Position numbers and translations under genes: made by a program. From positions 1-64,000 of IMG/VR virus record IMGVR_UViG_3300032312_001822: 64,000 nucleotides of DNA, one strand, 5' to 3'. Positions 8,207 through 17,153 of this stretch are shown one piece after another (positions within the stretch are counted from its first letter, which is position 1; each line of letters begins with the position of its first letter). The notes under the pieces were generated by a model, which did no database searches, had not been told where the DNA came from, and saw only the letters and a list, made by a program, of their open reading frames with translations. This DNA comes from a virus (lineage: Duplodnaviria > Caudoviricetes).

Positions 8207-8981
8207 ATTAAAGAGAATTGAAGATTATAATAAAACACTCCCAGTTGTAGAACTTTATACAGCAGTACAATCAGAAGGAAGTAGAGCAGGTTATCCAACA
8301 GTAGTAATTAGAACAACAGGTTGTACTCACAGATGTTATTTTGGTGAAGGTGGATGGTGTGATTCTTGGTATACAAGTATTCATCCTGAAAAAGGACATA
8401 TTACTTTCCAAGACATTATAAACATGTATGATGCAAATCCTCACATCACAGAGATGATGCTAACAGGAGGATCACCTACAATGCATCCTGCATTAGTAAA
8501 TGAATTAACACATTTTGCACATGAAAGAAAAATCTTCATTACAATCGAAACTGAAGGCTCTCATTTTCTGGAGACTGACTATCCTATTAATTTACTTTCC
8601 ATATCACCTAAGTTTAGTAACTCAGTTCCTAAAATTGGAGTACTCACACCTCAAGGAGCGGTTACAGATGAGAAAATGATTAAACAACATAATAAGTTAA
8701 GACTCAATTATGATGCAATGTCTAAAATGATTTCATACCATTCTGATTATCATTTAAAACCAGTATGGGATGGAGAGGATCAAGAAGCATTAGCTGAAAT
8801 TATGGCTTGTATTAAAATGCTAGACATACCACAAGACAAAGTATGGTTCATGCCAGCAGGAGATTCAAGAGAAGCTTTATTCAAATCATATCCAAAAATG
8901 TTTGATTGGGTTAGAGATAACGGTTATAGATTAACCTGGAGACCTCATATCATTGCATTTGAAGACCAAAGAGAAGTATAA
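8196..8981 (+). CDS. queE: 7-carboxy-7-deazaguanine synthase (radical SAM)
   Basis: ELYTAVQSEG..AGYP, GCTHRC..WCDS, LTGGSP, TIETEG and ISPK motifs. Confidence 0.9.
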   Translation: MESKLKRIEDYNKTLPVVELYTAVQSEGSRAGYPTVVIRTTGCTHRCYFGEGGWCDSWYTSIHPEKGHITFQDIINMYDANPHITEMMLTGGSPTMHPALVNELTHFAHERKIFITIETEGSHFLETDYPINLLSISPKFSNSVPKIGVLTPQGAVTDEKMIKQHNKLRLNYDAMSKMISYHSDYHLKPVWDGEDQEALAEIMACIKMLDIPQDKVWFMPAGDSREALFKSYPKMFDWVRDNGYRLTWRPHIIAFEDQREV

Positions 8982-9184
8982 TGGATTTTAGAGAAGCACA
9001 TTTAAACGAAATTGATATACTAAACACTTTATGGTGGATGTGGTGTAATCAAAAAATTAATCTAGGTGATGTAAAATTTCATGCAGAATGTTTGGACCTT
9101 GAAATAGAGTTTATTACATTAGACAAATATAAATTTTCAAATAAAGATAAAACAATTACTTATTCTTATGACAGACAACAATAG
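8981..9184 (+). CDS. Hypothetical protein
   Basis: ORF track; coupled on both sides. Confidence 0.55.
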   Translation: MDFREAHLNEIDILNTLWWMWCNQKINLGDVKFHAECLDLEIEFITLDKYKFSNKDKTITYSYDRQQ

Positions 9185-9866
9185 AAAGAAAATCCACAAT
9201 GATTTAGAAGTGGTACAAGTAGGTTATGCTAATGGTGTTGCACCTGGTTTTCCTTTAAATGATCTTCAAAAACAACATATGATTGAAGATGCAACTGAAG
9301 CATATGGTCAGTTTTTAACAGCATTAGGTTGCGATTGGAAAAATGATCCAAACTCATCTGATACACCAAGACGTGTAGCTAAAGCTTATGTTAATGATTT
9401 ATGGAAAGGTAGATACACTCCAATGTCAGAAATTACTTCATTTCCATCAGATGGTTATGATGGGATTGTAATTGAAAGAAACATTCCATTAACATCAATG
9501 TGTTCACACCACCATCAAACAATTGGAGGAGTAGTTCATATTGGTTATGTAGTGGGTGAAAATGGTAGAGTAATTGGTTTATCTAAATTAAATAGAATTG
9601 TAGAGCATTTTGGTCGTAGAGGTGCTATTCAAGAACAATTAACATCTGCAGTTCACCAAGCAGTAGATAAAATTTGTGAAAATAATAGAGGTGTAATTGT
9701 TTCTATTGTTGGTACTCACAATTGTGTATCTTGTAGAGGTGTTAAACATCAAGGAGCATCAATGGTTACAACTAAAGCCTCAGGTGTGTTTATGGAAAAT
9801 GATAATCAAGCTCGTAAAGAGTTCTTTGACTCAATTAAAATTAATAACGGTAATCATCCAGTATAA
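9168..9866 (+). CDS. folE: GTP cyclohydrolase I
   Basis: DTPRRVAK, SMCSHH, GLSKLNR, QEQLT and HNCVSCRG motifs. Confidence 0.95.
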   Translation: MTDNNRKKIHNDLEVVQVGYANGVAPGFPLNDLQKQHMIEDATEAYGQFLTALGCDWKNDPNSSDTPRRVAKAYVNDLWKGRYTPMSEITSFPSDGYDGIVIERNIPLTSMCSHHHQTIGGVVHIGYVVGENGRVIGLSKLNRIVEHFGRRGAIQEQLTSAVHQAVDKICENNRGVIVSIVGTHNCVSCRGVKHQGASMVTTKASGVFMENDNQARKEFFDSIKINNGNHPV

Positions 9867-10267
9867 TGGCTCTAAAAATTGCAAATAAAATTTACTTAAG
9901 TTGGGATGATATATCTCAACTAGTAGACACATTATGTGAAAAAATTATTACTGAACAACCTAATATTGATTCAGTATTTGGTTTAAAACGTGGTGGACTT
10001 ATACCTGCTGTGATGGTGTCACATAAGCTAGGTTTGCCGTGGTCTGACGTAATGCTACCTAATACTTTAGTGGTAGATGACATTTGTGATACAGGAGTAA
10101 CATTAAAAAATACAATTGGGGTTTATACAGCAGTATTACATCATAAACCACACACTTCATGTTATACACCTAATATTTATGCTACACTGCATGAAGGGGA
10201 TGAATGGATTATTTATCCATGGGAAAGAAAAGATTCAGAACAAATACAAGACTATTTAAAAAAATAA
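9866..10267 (+). CDS. Purine phosphoribosyltransferase (Gpt-like)
   Basis: LSWD, RGG, PRPP loop LVVDDICDTGVT and terminal YPWE. Confidence 0.85.
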   Translation: MALKIANKIYLSWDDISQLVDTLCEKIITEQPNIDSVFGLKRGGLIPAVMVSHKLGLPWSDVMLPNTLVVDDICDTGVTLKNTIGVYTAVLHHKPHTSCYTPNIYATLHEGDEWIIYPWERKDSEQIQDYLKK

Positions 10268-10269
10268 TT

Positions 10270-10782
10270 ATGATTACAAAACCATCAGTTCCATTCTTAG
10301 ATGAAGTAGAAGAATTTAACGCTGTAATGGGCAAACCAAACAATTATGAACCAGTTATCCCCGAAAGAAAAGAATGGGAATTTGTATACAATTTCGTCCT
10401 TGAAGAACTTGAAGAATATAGAGAAGCTTGCGAAAGAGGAGACATCGTTGAGGTTCTGGACGCTTTGTGTGATATTACTTATGTTGCCGTTGGGAACGGT
10501 GCTATGTTACATGGCCTTAAGGATAAGGTATGGCCAGCGTATCAAGAGGTTCAAGCGTCAAATTTATCTAAAGCTTGTAAAACAGAAGAAGAAGCTCAAG
10601 CAACAGTCGATAAAAGAAGCATCGAACAGAATGAAGCGTGTCATTACGAAAAAGTGGGAGAGTATTATATCGTTTATAGAACAAGAGATAGAAAAGTAAT
10701 GAAGAATGTAAATTACTTCAGACCAGATTTATCACAATTCTTCACAGAAGAACAATTAAGTAAGTTTAACAGAATAAAATAA
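10270..10782 (+). CDS. All-alpha NTP pyrophosphohydrolase (MazG/PRA-PH-like)
   Basis: EELEEY..DIVEVLDALCDITYV..EVQASNLSK. ATG 10270 preferred over 10204, which overlaps the PRTase by 64 nt. Confidence 0.8.
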   Translation: MITKPSVPFLDEVEEFNAVMGKPNNYEPVIPERKEWEFVYNFVLEELEEYREACERGDIVEVLDALCDITYVAVGNGAMLHGLKDKVWPAYQEVQASNLSKACKTEEEAQATVDKRSIEQNEACHYEKVGEYYIVYRTRDRKVMKNVNYFRPDLSQFFTEEQLSKFNRIK

Positions 10783-10810
10783 ATTATTAACACAACAAAA
10801 ACCAATTATT

Positions 10811-11113
10811 ATGAGTGGATTTGATATTATCGTCCTGATTATTGCTATCGTAGTTATAGCAGCGGTTGTAGGAGCCTTTGTTACAAGAGAACAAAAATCC
10901 TTAAAAGAAATGACTAAAGACTTTTACAACAATGAGGAAGCTCAAGAAGTAGTAGATTTAGCTAAAGAATTATACAATAAAGACTTACGTCCAGTTGTAG
11001 CTAAGAAAGCACCTAAGGAAGTTAAGGAAACAAAATCAGAATTTCCTATTGAACAACCAGCTAAGAAAAAAAGAAAATATTATCCAAGAAAGAAAAAACA
11101 AGAGGGTAATTAA
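10811..11113 (+). CDS. Membrane-anchored protein with basic tail
   Basis: N-terminal TM helix; C-terminal KKKRKYYPRKKK. Confidence 0.65.
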   Translation: MSGFDIIVLIIAIVVIAAVVGAFVTREQKSLKEMTKDFYNNEEAQEVVDLAKELYNKDLRPVVAKKAPKEVKETKSEFPIEQPAKKKRKYYPRKKKQEGN

Positions 11114-11129
11114 TCTAAAACAGTAAATA

Positions 11130-12323
11130 ATGGAAAATACTAAAAACAAAATTTTCCCTTATATTATAGCACTAACGGCTTTGTCTGTTAGTGCTTCTGC
11201 TGCGTTTTACTCTGTTACTGGACTAAGTAAATTATTCGCGGGGGCATCTACACAAGTGATGATAATGGCGGGAAGTTTAGAAGTAGCTAAATTGGTAATA
11301 GCTTCTTTATTATATCAATATTGGGATACACTTAATAAAACATTACGTGCTTATTTAATGGGTGCTACTATAGTATTAATATTAATAACATCTATGGGTA
11401 TTTACGGGTACCTATCTGCTGCCTATCAAACAACAGCTTCTCAAGCTGGTAATGCTGAAGCACAAGTAACTTTACTTGAAACTAAAAAGCAAAACTTTGT
11501 ACAACAAAGAGATTTATACAATACTGAAAAGACAAATTTAGTACAAGGTATTACTCAGTTACAATCTGGTTTAGCTAATAATAAAACATCTTATGTTGAT
11601 AAAAGAGGTAATCTAATACAATCAACAAATAACTCTAATAGAAAATCATTTGAAAAACAGTTAGACAACTCCACATTGAGACAGTCGGAAATTTCAGCTA
11701 AATTAGACGTTATTAACGACTCAATATTCAAATTGGACACTCAGATTGTAGAAGCAAGAACTACCAATAACTCCGCTGGTGAATTAGGTCCACTAAAATA
11801 TTTAAGTAATTTAACAGGAGTTGCGATGGATAGAATTATAAATTGGCTATTACTAGTTATAATATTTGTATTTGATCCGTTAGCAATTGCCTTAGTAATT
11901 GCTGCCAATTTTGCTTTTACTAGATTAAGAAAACCTGATGTGCTAGAGACATTTAAAGAAAATGTTAAAAGAATTGAAAATGATTTAGATTGGGAATTGT
12001 TAGTTAATGAAAGTTTAGATAATGAACCATGGTATGATGAAGAAGCAGAACGTAGAATGGATATTATAGGTCAAAATGGAAATGAAGGAGAACATTATGA
12101 AAATGAATTGGCTTCCCAACAAGAATTTGATATATTAGATCTAAATAAAGATGGAGTTGTTGATGATGAAGAAAGATTAATAGCTGAAAATAAAATCGCG
12201 GTTATTGAAAACGAATTGCAAAACACTTCTATGTCAGGGTGGAGAGCTAATAAAATGAGACAAGAAGCTGAAGAGTTAAGACAAAAAATAACTAAAGACA
12301 ATAATATTATAGATTACAACTAA
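11130..12323 (+). CDS. Multi-TM coiled-coil membrane protein with EF-hand-like loop
   Basis: Three N-terminal TMs, a long coiled coil, GELGPLKY, TM IIFVFDPLAI, and loop DLNKDGVVDDEE. Confidence 0.7.
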   Translation: MENTKNKIFPYIIALTALSVSASAAFYSVTGLSKLFAGASTQVMIMAGSLEVAKLVIASLLYQYWDTLNKTLRAYLMGATIVLILITSMGIYGYLSAAYQTTASQAGNAEAQVTLLETKKQNFVQQRDLYNTEKTNLVQGITQLQSGLANNKTSYVDKRGNLIQSTNNSNRKSFEKQLDNSTLRQSEISAKLDVINDSIFKLDTQIVEARTTNNSAGELGPLKYLSNLTGVAMDRIINWLLLVIIFVFDPLAIALVIAANFAFTRLRKPDVLETFKENVKRIENDLDWELLVNESLDNEPWYDEEAERRMDIIGQNGNEGEHYENELASQQEFDILDLNKDGVVDDEERLIAENKIAVIENELQNTSMSGWRANKMRQEAEELRQKITKDNNIIDYN

Positions 12324-12336
12324 TAAAAGGTTATAA

Positions 12337-14070
12337 ATGAGTTATAAAAACATTGTTACCCAAACATTGGGTAAAAATAGACATGCTGTTACTTTATGGA
12401 CTGATGATGGAGTAGAACAATATGAATTTCAGAATTACGCTTATGAAAAGTGCTATGAAAAAGACGCGACTCATTTAGGTCTAAAAGGAGAACCACTACG
12501 TAAAGTTACATATTGGGAAGCAACAAACCCTTTTATCCATTATCATGATATGCCGGTTCATCAAAAATTCCTAATTGACAAATATGGAATCAATGATGAA
12601 CCATCAACCACTCACCAAGAAATATTTTTTGATATTGAGATTGAGATGGGAGGTGCTCTTACACCTGATTATATCAGAAGAGCACCTAAACCTGTCACAT
12701 CAATTGGTTGGTGGCACCGTCAACAAGACAAATGGTACATCTTAATTTTAGATAAACAAGGTAAAATAGAAAAAACTATTAATGGTAATAAACAAATTAT
12801 ACCTTGTGCTACTGAAAGAGATTTACTAACTAAATGGTTAAATTATTTAGGTAAAGTTCAACCTGACATACTAATTGGTTATAACAGTGATTATTTCGAT
12901 ATACCTTACCTATACTATAGAATTTTAAATCAGTTAGGTGAACGTAGAGCAAATGATTTATCTCCTATAGGTAAAGTTAAAATTCAAAAATTCACTAATA
13001 AAGAAACAGGTGTTGACATCTATAATGAAGATCAACCAGTTAGAATTGAAGGGATGTATTCACTTGATTATATCAGATTACATAAAAAATATTCAATGTC
13101 TGATGAGCCATCTTATAAATTAGATGCTTTAGGTGAAAAATATTGTAAGTTAGGTAAAATTGAATATAATGGTAGTTTAGATAGATTGTTTATTGATGAT
13201 ATAGATAAATTTATTGAGTACAACTTTCGAGATGTTGAAATCTTAAAGGCATTAGATAATAAATTCAATTATATTGGTTTAACAAAAAACTTAGCACATA
13301 AAGGTAAAATCCATTATGATGATGTTTACCAATCTTCAAAAATACATGATGGCGCTATTTCAGCCTATCTATTATCTGAAAATATAGTACCTCCATCAAG
13401 AGATAGAAATCCAATTAAGAAAGCTAATTACGCAGGTGGTTATTTATTCTGCCCTAAAGCGGGTCTATATAGATACATGTTTGATGAGGATTTAACATCA
13501 CTATACCCTTCAATTATTATGTCTCTTAATATTGGTAAAGAAACATTAGTAGGTAGAATTATAGATCCTAATGATAGAAACAATAGATTGGGATTAAATG
13601 ATTTATTAAATGATGTTGATGATAAACCACGAGTTACAGAATGGTTTGTTAACCAACAGAAATTCAATAAAATAGAATGGACTAGTTTAAAATTAGCTAA
13701 ACTACTTCAACAATACAATTTGGCTATCTCAGCAAATGGTGTTATATTCCGAAATGATGAGCCTTCAGTATTATCAACAATTTTATCTAAATGGTTTGAT
13801 GAAAGGGTATTATATAAAAATAAAATGAAAGATGCTTATAAAACAGGTGATAAAGTAGCAGGTGAAAAATATCATTTAATGCAATACACAATGAAAATTC
13901 TATTAAACAGTTTATATGGCGCCACAGCATTACCTTCATTTAGATATGGAAATGTAATATTATCAGAAGCCATCACTTTATCAGGACAAAGAATTATTCA
14001 AGAATCAGCACTTTGTGCTAATAGACACATGAATAAAGTTATTAGAAACGAAATTAAATTAGATATATAA
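12337..14070 (+). CDS. polB: Family B DNA polymerase, N-terminal part (exonuclease, motifs A and B)
   Basis: FDIE, GYNSDYFD, YNFRD; DLTSLYPSII (motif A); KILLNSLYG (motif B); motif C absent. Confidence 0.9.
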   Translation: MSYKNIVTQTLGKNRHAVTLWTDDGVEQYEFQNYAYEKCYEKDATHLGLKGEPLRKVTYWEATNPFIHYHDMPVHQKFLIDKYGINDEPSTTHQEIFFDIEIEMGGALTPDYIRRAPKPVTSIGWWHRQQDKWYILILDKQGKIEKTINGNKQIIPCATERDLLTKWLNYLGKVQPDILIGYNSDYFDIPYLYYRILNQLGERRANDLSPIGKVKIQKFTNKETGVDIYNEDQPVRIEGMYSLDYIRLHKKYSMSDEPSYKLDALGEKYCKLGKIEYNGSLDRLFIDDIDKFIEYNFRDVEILKALDNKFNYIGLTKNLAHKGKIHYDDVYQSSKIHDGAISAYLLSENIVPPSRDRNPIKKANYAGGYLFCPKAGLYRYMFDEDLTSLYPSIIMSLNIGKETLVGRIIDPNDRNNRLGLNDLLNDVDDKPRVTEWFVNQQKFNKIEWTSLKLAKLLQQYNLAISANGVIFRNDEPSVLSTILSKWFDERVLYKNKMKDAYKTGDKVAGEKYHLMQYTMKILLNSLYGATALPSFRYGNVILSEAITLSGQRIIQESALCANRHMNKVIRNEIKLDI

Positions 14071-14333
14071 TGGCATTAAAAGGACAATCAATTAGAAATG
14101 GAGTTACTATTACTCAGAATGGTAAACCAGTTGATAAAAAAGTAATCATTGAGGCAAGTGAAACTTGGACTGAACAACAAGAATCATTCTTTAAGAAAAT
14201 GCTTAAACAAGGTGGTAAATGTAAAGTAGGTGGGGAGTTATATAATATTACTCTTAAAGAAAGAAATGACTTAGACTCAAGAGGAAATAGACCAGTTAAT
14301 TTACCTCCAGTACCAGGAGAAAGAACATTTTAA
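14070..14333 (+). CDS. 87-aa hypothetical protein between the polymerase halves
   Basis: Starts in TAATG overlap with polB-N and stops 1 nt before polB-C. Confidence 0.7.
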   Translation: MALKGQSIRNGVTITQNGKPVDKKVIIEASETWTEQQESFFKKMLKQGGKCKVGGELYNITLKERNDLDSRGNRPVNLPPVPGERTF

Positions 14334-14334
14334 T

Positions 14335-15270
14335 ATGAAGCATTTAGAAGATACTCCATGGTGGATTTGTGATGAAGATGACTTCAACTTCTGTGCCTAT
14401 GTGGATACTGACTCTAATTACTTTAATGCTGAACCTCTATTAAAACATTTATATCCTAACTTTGAAGAGTTTAATGACCAAGAAAAAGATGATATCTTAG
14501 AAAAAGTAGCTTTAAAATATGAAGGTATTATTACTAAACATTATGATGAATTAGCAAGAGAATGTTTTAATGTACCTACACATAGATTAGAAATGAAAAC
14601 TGAATGTGTTATTCGTTCAGCTTATTTTAGAGCCACTAGAAGATATGCTCAGTGGATCACAAAACAAGAAGGTAGAGCAAATGAGATATTAGATATTAAA
14701 GGTTTAGAGTTTAAGAAAGCTAATTTTCCTAAATATTTTGGTAAGTTTTATCAAGAGATATTAGAGTTAATTATTAAAGGTACTCCACAAACTATAATTG
14801 ATAAGAAAATACAAGACTTTAGAAACGAATCAACAGGTAAAGATGTAGACTTTACATTAATTGGTAATCCAACATCAGTTAAGGTATTAAATGATTATGT
14901 TGAAGCAGTTCCTAGACCAGGTAAAATATTATCTACACTTAAAAAAGGTGCTGGTGCAAATGTTAAAGCTGCCACTTGTTATAATGACTTATTAAGATTC
15001 TGGCAGTTAGATAAAGATTATAGTCAAATTGTACAAGGTGATAAAATTAAATGGGTTTATTTGAAATCCAATCCATACCAAATGGAAGCTATAGCTTTCC
15101 TAGAATTTGATATGCCTGATAAAATTAAAGATTTTATTAATGAGTATATTGATAGAGAAAAAAGTTTTGAAACTATATTACAAAATAAATTACAAGGGTT
15201 CTATGATGATTTAGAATGGGTATTACCACCATCAAATCCTTTAATAAATAAATTCTTCACATTCAATTAA
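14335..15270 (+). CDS. polB: Family B DNA polymerase, C-terminal part (motif C, thumb)
   Basis: YVDTDS (motif C), RRYA, IKGLE.KK and GDKIKWVY. Confidence 0.9.
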   Translation: MKHLEDTPWWICDEDDFNFCAYVDTDSNYFNAEPLLKHLYPNFEEFNDQEKDDILEKVALKYEGIITKHYDELARECFNVPTHRLEMKTECVIRSAYFRATRRYAQWITKQEGRANEILDIKGLEFKKANFPKYFGKFYQEILELIIKGTPQTIIDKKIQDFRNESTGKDVDFTLIGNPTSVKVLNDYVEAVPRPGKILSTLKKGAGANVKAATCYNDLLRFWQLDKDYSQIVQGDKIKWVYLKSNPYQMEAIAFLEFDMPDKIKDFINEYIDREKSFETILQNKLQGFYDDLEWVLPPSNPLINKFFTFN

Positions 15271-15271
15271 A

Positions 15272-15994
15272 ATGGAAAAAAAGTTATTAATACAATTAAT
15301 CGAAAGTTTTTACCTTAATGGTTTAGCTACTCAAGTTAAATTTAAAGTTAAAGATAATGAAGCTCACATTAAATTTGCAACCGACAATAAAGACTGTATT
15401 GGTGAAATAAAAGCACCTGTACAATTGGAAGATTGTGAGATTGGTATTTTTAATACTGCTCAATTACTAAAATTACTTAACATTACAAATGAGTATATTG
15501 AGTTAAAATTAGAAAAACAAGGTAGTCATTTCCTAAAACTTCATATTAGTGATAATCAATTTGACCTATCATATAACTTAAGTGATTTAGGTTTAATTCA
15601 GGATCCAGGTGTAGTACCAAACTTACCACCACATGATTTAGAATTTGATATTAACTTTGATTTCACTCAAAAGTATATTAAGGCACATAACGCTTTAGAT
15701 AAACCACCTCGTTTTGAAATAGGTGTAACTAAAGATTTTCAAGGTGAAGAGGTAGTTAACTTTATGGTAGGTGAAAAATCAACATATTCTAATAAAGTAA
15801 CATTTACTGAAGCAGGAACTGTTATTAATCAAGTTAAACCAGTATCATTCAGTGCTGCTAATTTTAGAGAAATTGTTTCTGTAGCTAAAAGTGCTAATGG
15901 TAAGGCTTATCTATTTAAAGATGGTTTATTAAAAATCAATTTAGAAGAAGAAGGAGTAATATCTGAATATTTTTTAGTAGCTTTACATGAGTAG
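15272..15994 (+). CDS. Sliding clamp (T4 gp45-like)
   Basis: 240 aa; IGIFNTAQLLKLL; T4-like position after the polymerase. Confidence 0.7.
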   Translation: MEKKLLIQLIESFYLNGLATQVKFKVKDNEAHIKFATDNKDCIGEIKAPVQLEDCEIGIFNTAQLLKLLNITNEYIELKLEKQGSHFLKLHISDNQFDLSYNLSDLGLIQDPGVVPNLPPHDLEFDINFDFTQKYIKAHNALDKPPRFEIGVTKDFQGEEVVNFMVGEKSTYSNKVTFTEAGTVINQVKPVSFSAANFREIVSVAKSANGKAYLFKDGLLKINLEEEGVISEYFLVALHE

Positions 15995-15996
15995 TA

Positions 15997-16071
15997 ATAT
16001 TTATGACAAATCGACTCTAGGGCGAGATCAAAACAGTTGTGTAAAAAATTATTAACGCGATCTTAGGACGC
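15997..16071 (+). promoter_or_regulatory. ATATTTAT motif plus twin-hairpin leader of hsp20
   Basis: ATATTTAT at 15997; 15-mers tcgactctagggcga (16011) and gcgatcttaggacgc (16057). Confidence 0.5.
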
Positions 16072-16087
16072 ACAAAATGTAAATCAA

Positions 16088-16495
16088 ATGAGTACAAATT
16101 TTAATGAATGGGACATCTTATTCCATAACTTTTTCCACCCAACAAGCGGATTCTTATCTGCTTCAACTACAAAACAACCACATCCTTTAAACATTTTTTA
16201 TGACAAAACAGGCCTTCACTTTGAAGTAGCATGTACTGGTCTTACTAAAGATGATGTTAAATTAGATATTGAAGATGATATCTTAAAAATTAGTTACGAA
16301 AAACCTGAAGAAGAAAAATCATTCCATTCAGGAACAATTGTAAATGGTCTATCAAAAAGATCATTTAATTTAGGTTATAAAATTTCAAGTAAATATGATT
16401 TAAGTAAAGCTGATGGTAAACTAGAAAATGGTTTACTAACAATCTTTATTCCTATTACTGAAAAAGCTAAACCGAAAACTATCAAAATTAAATAA
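16088..16495 (+). CDS. hsp20: Hsp20 small heat-shock protein
   Basis: Alpha-crystallin pattern GLSKRSF, LENGLLTI and terminal PKTIKI. Confidence 0.9.
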   Translation: MSTNFNEWDILFHNFFHPTSGFLSASTTKQPHPLNIFYDKTGLHFEVACTGLTKDDVKLDIEDDILKISYEKPEEEKSFHSGTIVNGLSKRSFNLGYKISSKYDLSKADGKLENGLLTIFIPITEKAKPKTIKIK

Positions 16496-16512
16496 AAACT
16501 CTCGCCCAAGAG

Positions 16513-16542
16513 TTTGGTTATCGGTTTATTCTTACGTACATT
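16513..16542 (+). promoter_or_regulatory. Early-type promoter
   Basis: TTTGG at 16513 and CGTACATT at 16535 (22-nt offset). Confidence 0.65.
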
Positions 16543-16562
16543 AAATAAAACAAATAAGTTAT

Positions 16563-16865
16563 ATGGCAAATCCAAATTTCAAAGGTAGACAAAAAGGATC
16601 TATCAAAAAGACATCAACTATTTCTGATCCACTTTTAGGTGATTATAAAATAGTATTTGATGAAAGTAGTTATAATTTAATTTTCACTGAACCTGACACT
16701 CAGAAAGAAAAGGTAATAGGGTATTACTCTCAATTACCTAGTGCGTTAAGACGTATAGCTAAAGAGCAGGTTATAGAGAAAAAATCAATTTATTCTTTAA
16801 AAGAGTATCTAACAGAATTAGAATCAACAATAACCCAATTAAAAACTTTAATGAATTATGAGTAA
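16563..16865 (+). CDS. Hypothetical protein
   Basis: ORF track; GTTATG start after a promoter. Confidence 0.7.
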   Translation: MANPNFKGRQKGSIKKTSTISDPLLGDYKIVFDESSYNLIFTEPDTQKEKVIGYYSQLPSALRRIAKEQVIEKKSIYSLKEYLTELESTITQLKTLMNYE

Positions 16866-17151
16866 ATTAGTACCAAGAGATGGTAATATTATTTTAAAGC
16901 AAATTGAAACTGCTGAGACTACAGTAGGTAATATTATCATTCCTGATATGGGTGATGATAGATCACTTATAGCTGAAGTTGTAGCAGTATCTGACATTTA
17001 CAATTACCACAAAGGTGAATTCATTCCAACAGATTTAAAAGTAGGTATGAAAGTTGCAATTCCACCAATGGGAGCACAAAAAATTAAAATTGATAATGTA
17101 GATTACCTTATCATGGCACAAAACAACATTCCATCAATTATAGAAGATTAA
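16858..17151 (+). CDS. groES: Co-chaperonin GroES
   Basis: LVPRDGNIIL, mobile loop TTVGNIIIPD, AEVVAV; directly before groEL. Confidence 0.85.
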   Translation: MSKLVPRDGNIILKQIETAETTVGNIIIPDMGDDRSLIAEVVAVSDIYNYHKGEFIPTDLKVGMKVAIPPMGAQKIKIDNVDYLIMAQNNIPSIIED

Positions 17152-17153
17152 TT

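Noticed and set aside
14071-14334. Intron, split intein or ribosomal hop in the polymerase gene
   Set aside because: No Cys/Ser intein start or His-Asn end, no evident group I/II core, and the codon before the stop (ATA) does not match the codon before the restart (AAT). The gap is filled by a coupled ORF.
16005-16087. CIRCE/HrcA operator before the chaperone genes
   Set aside because: No TTAGCACTC-N9-GAGTGCTAA inverted repeat here or before groES.
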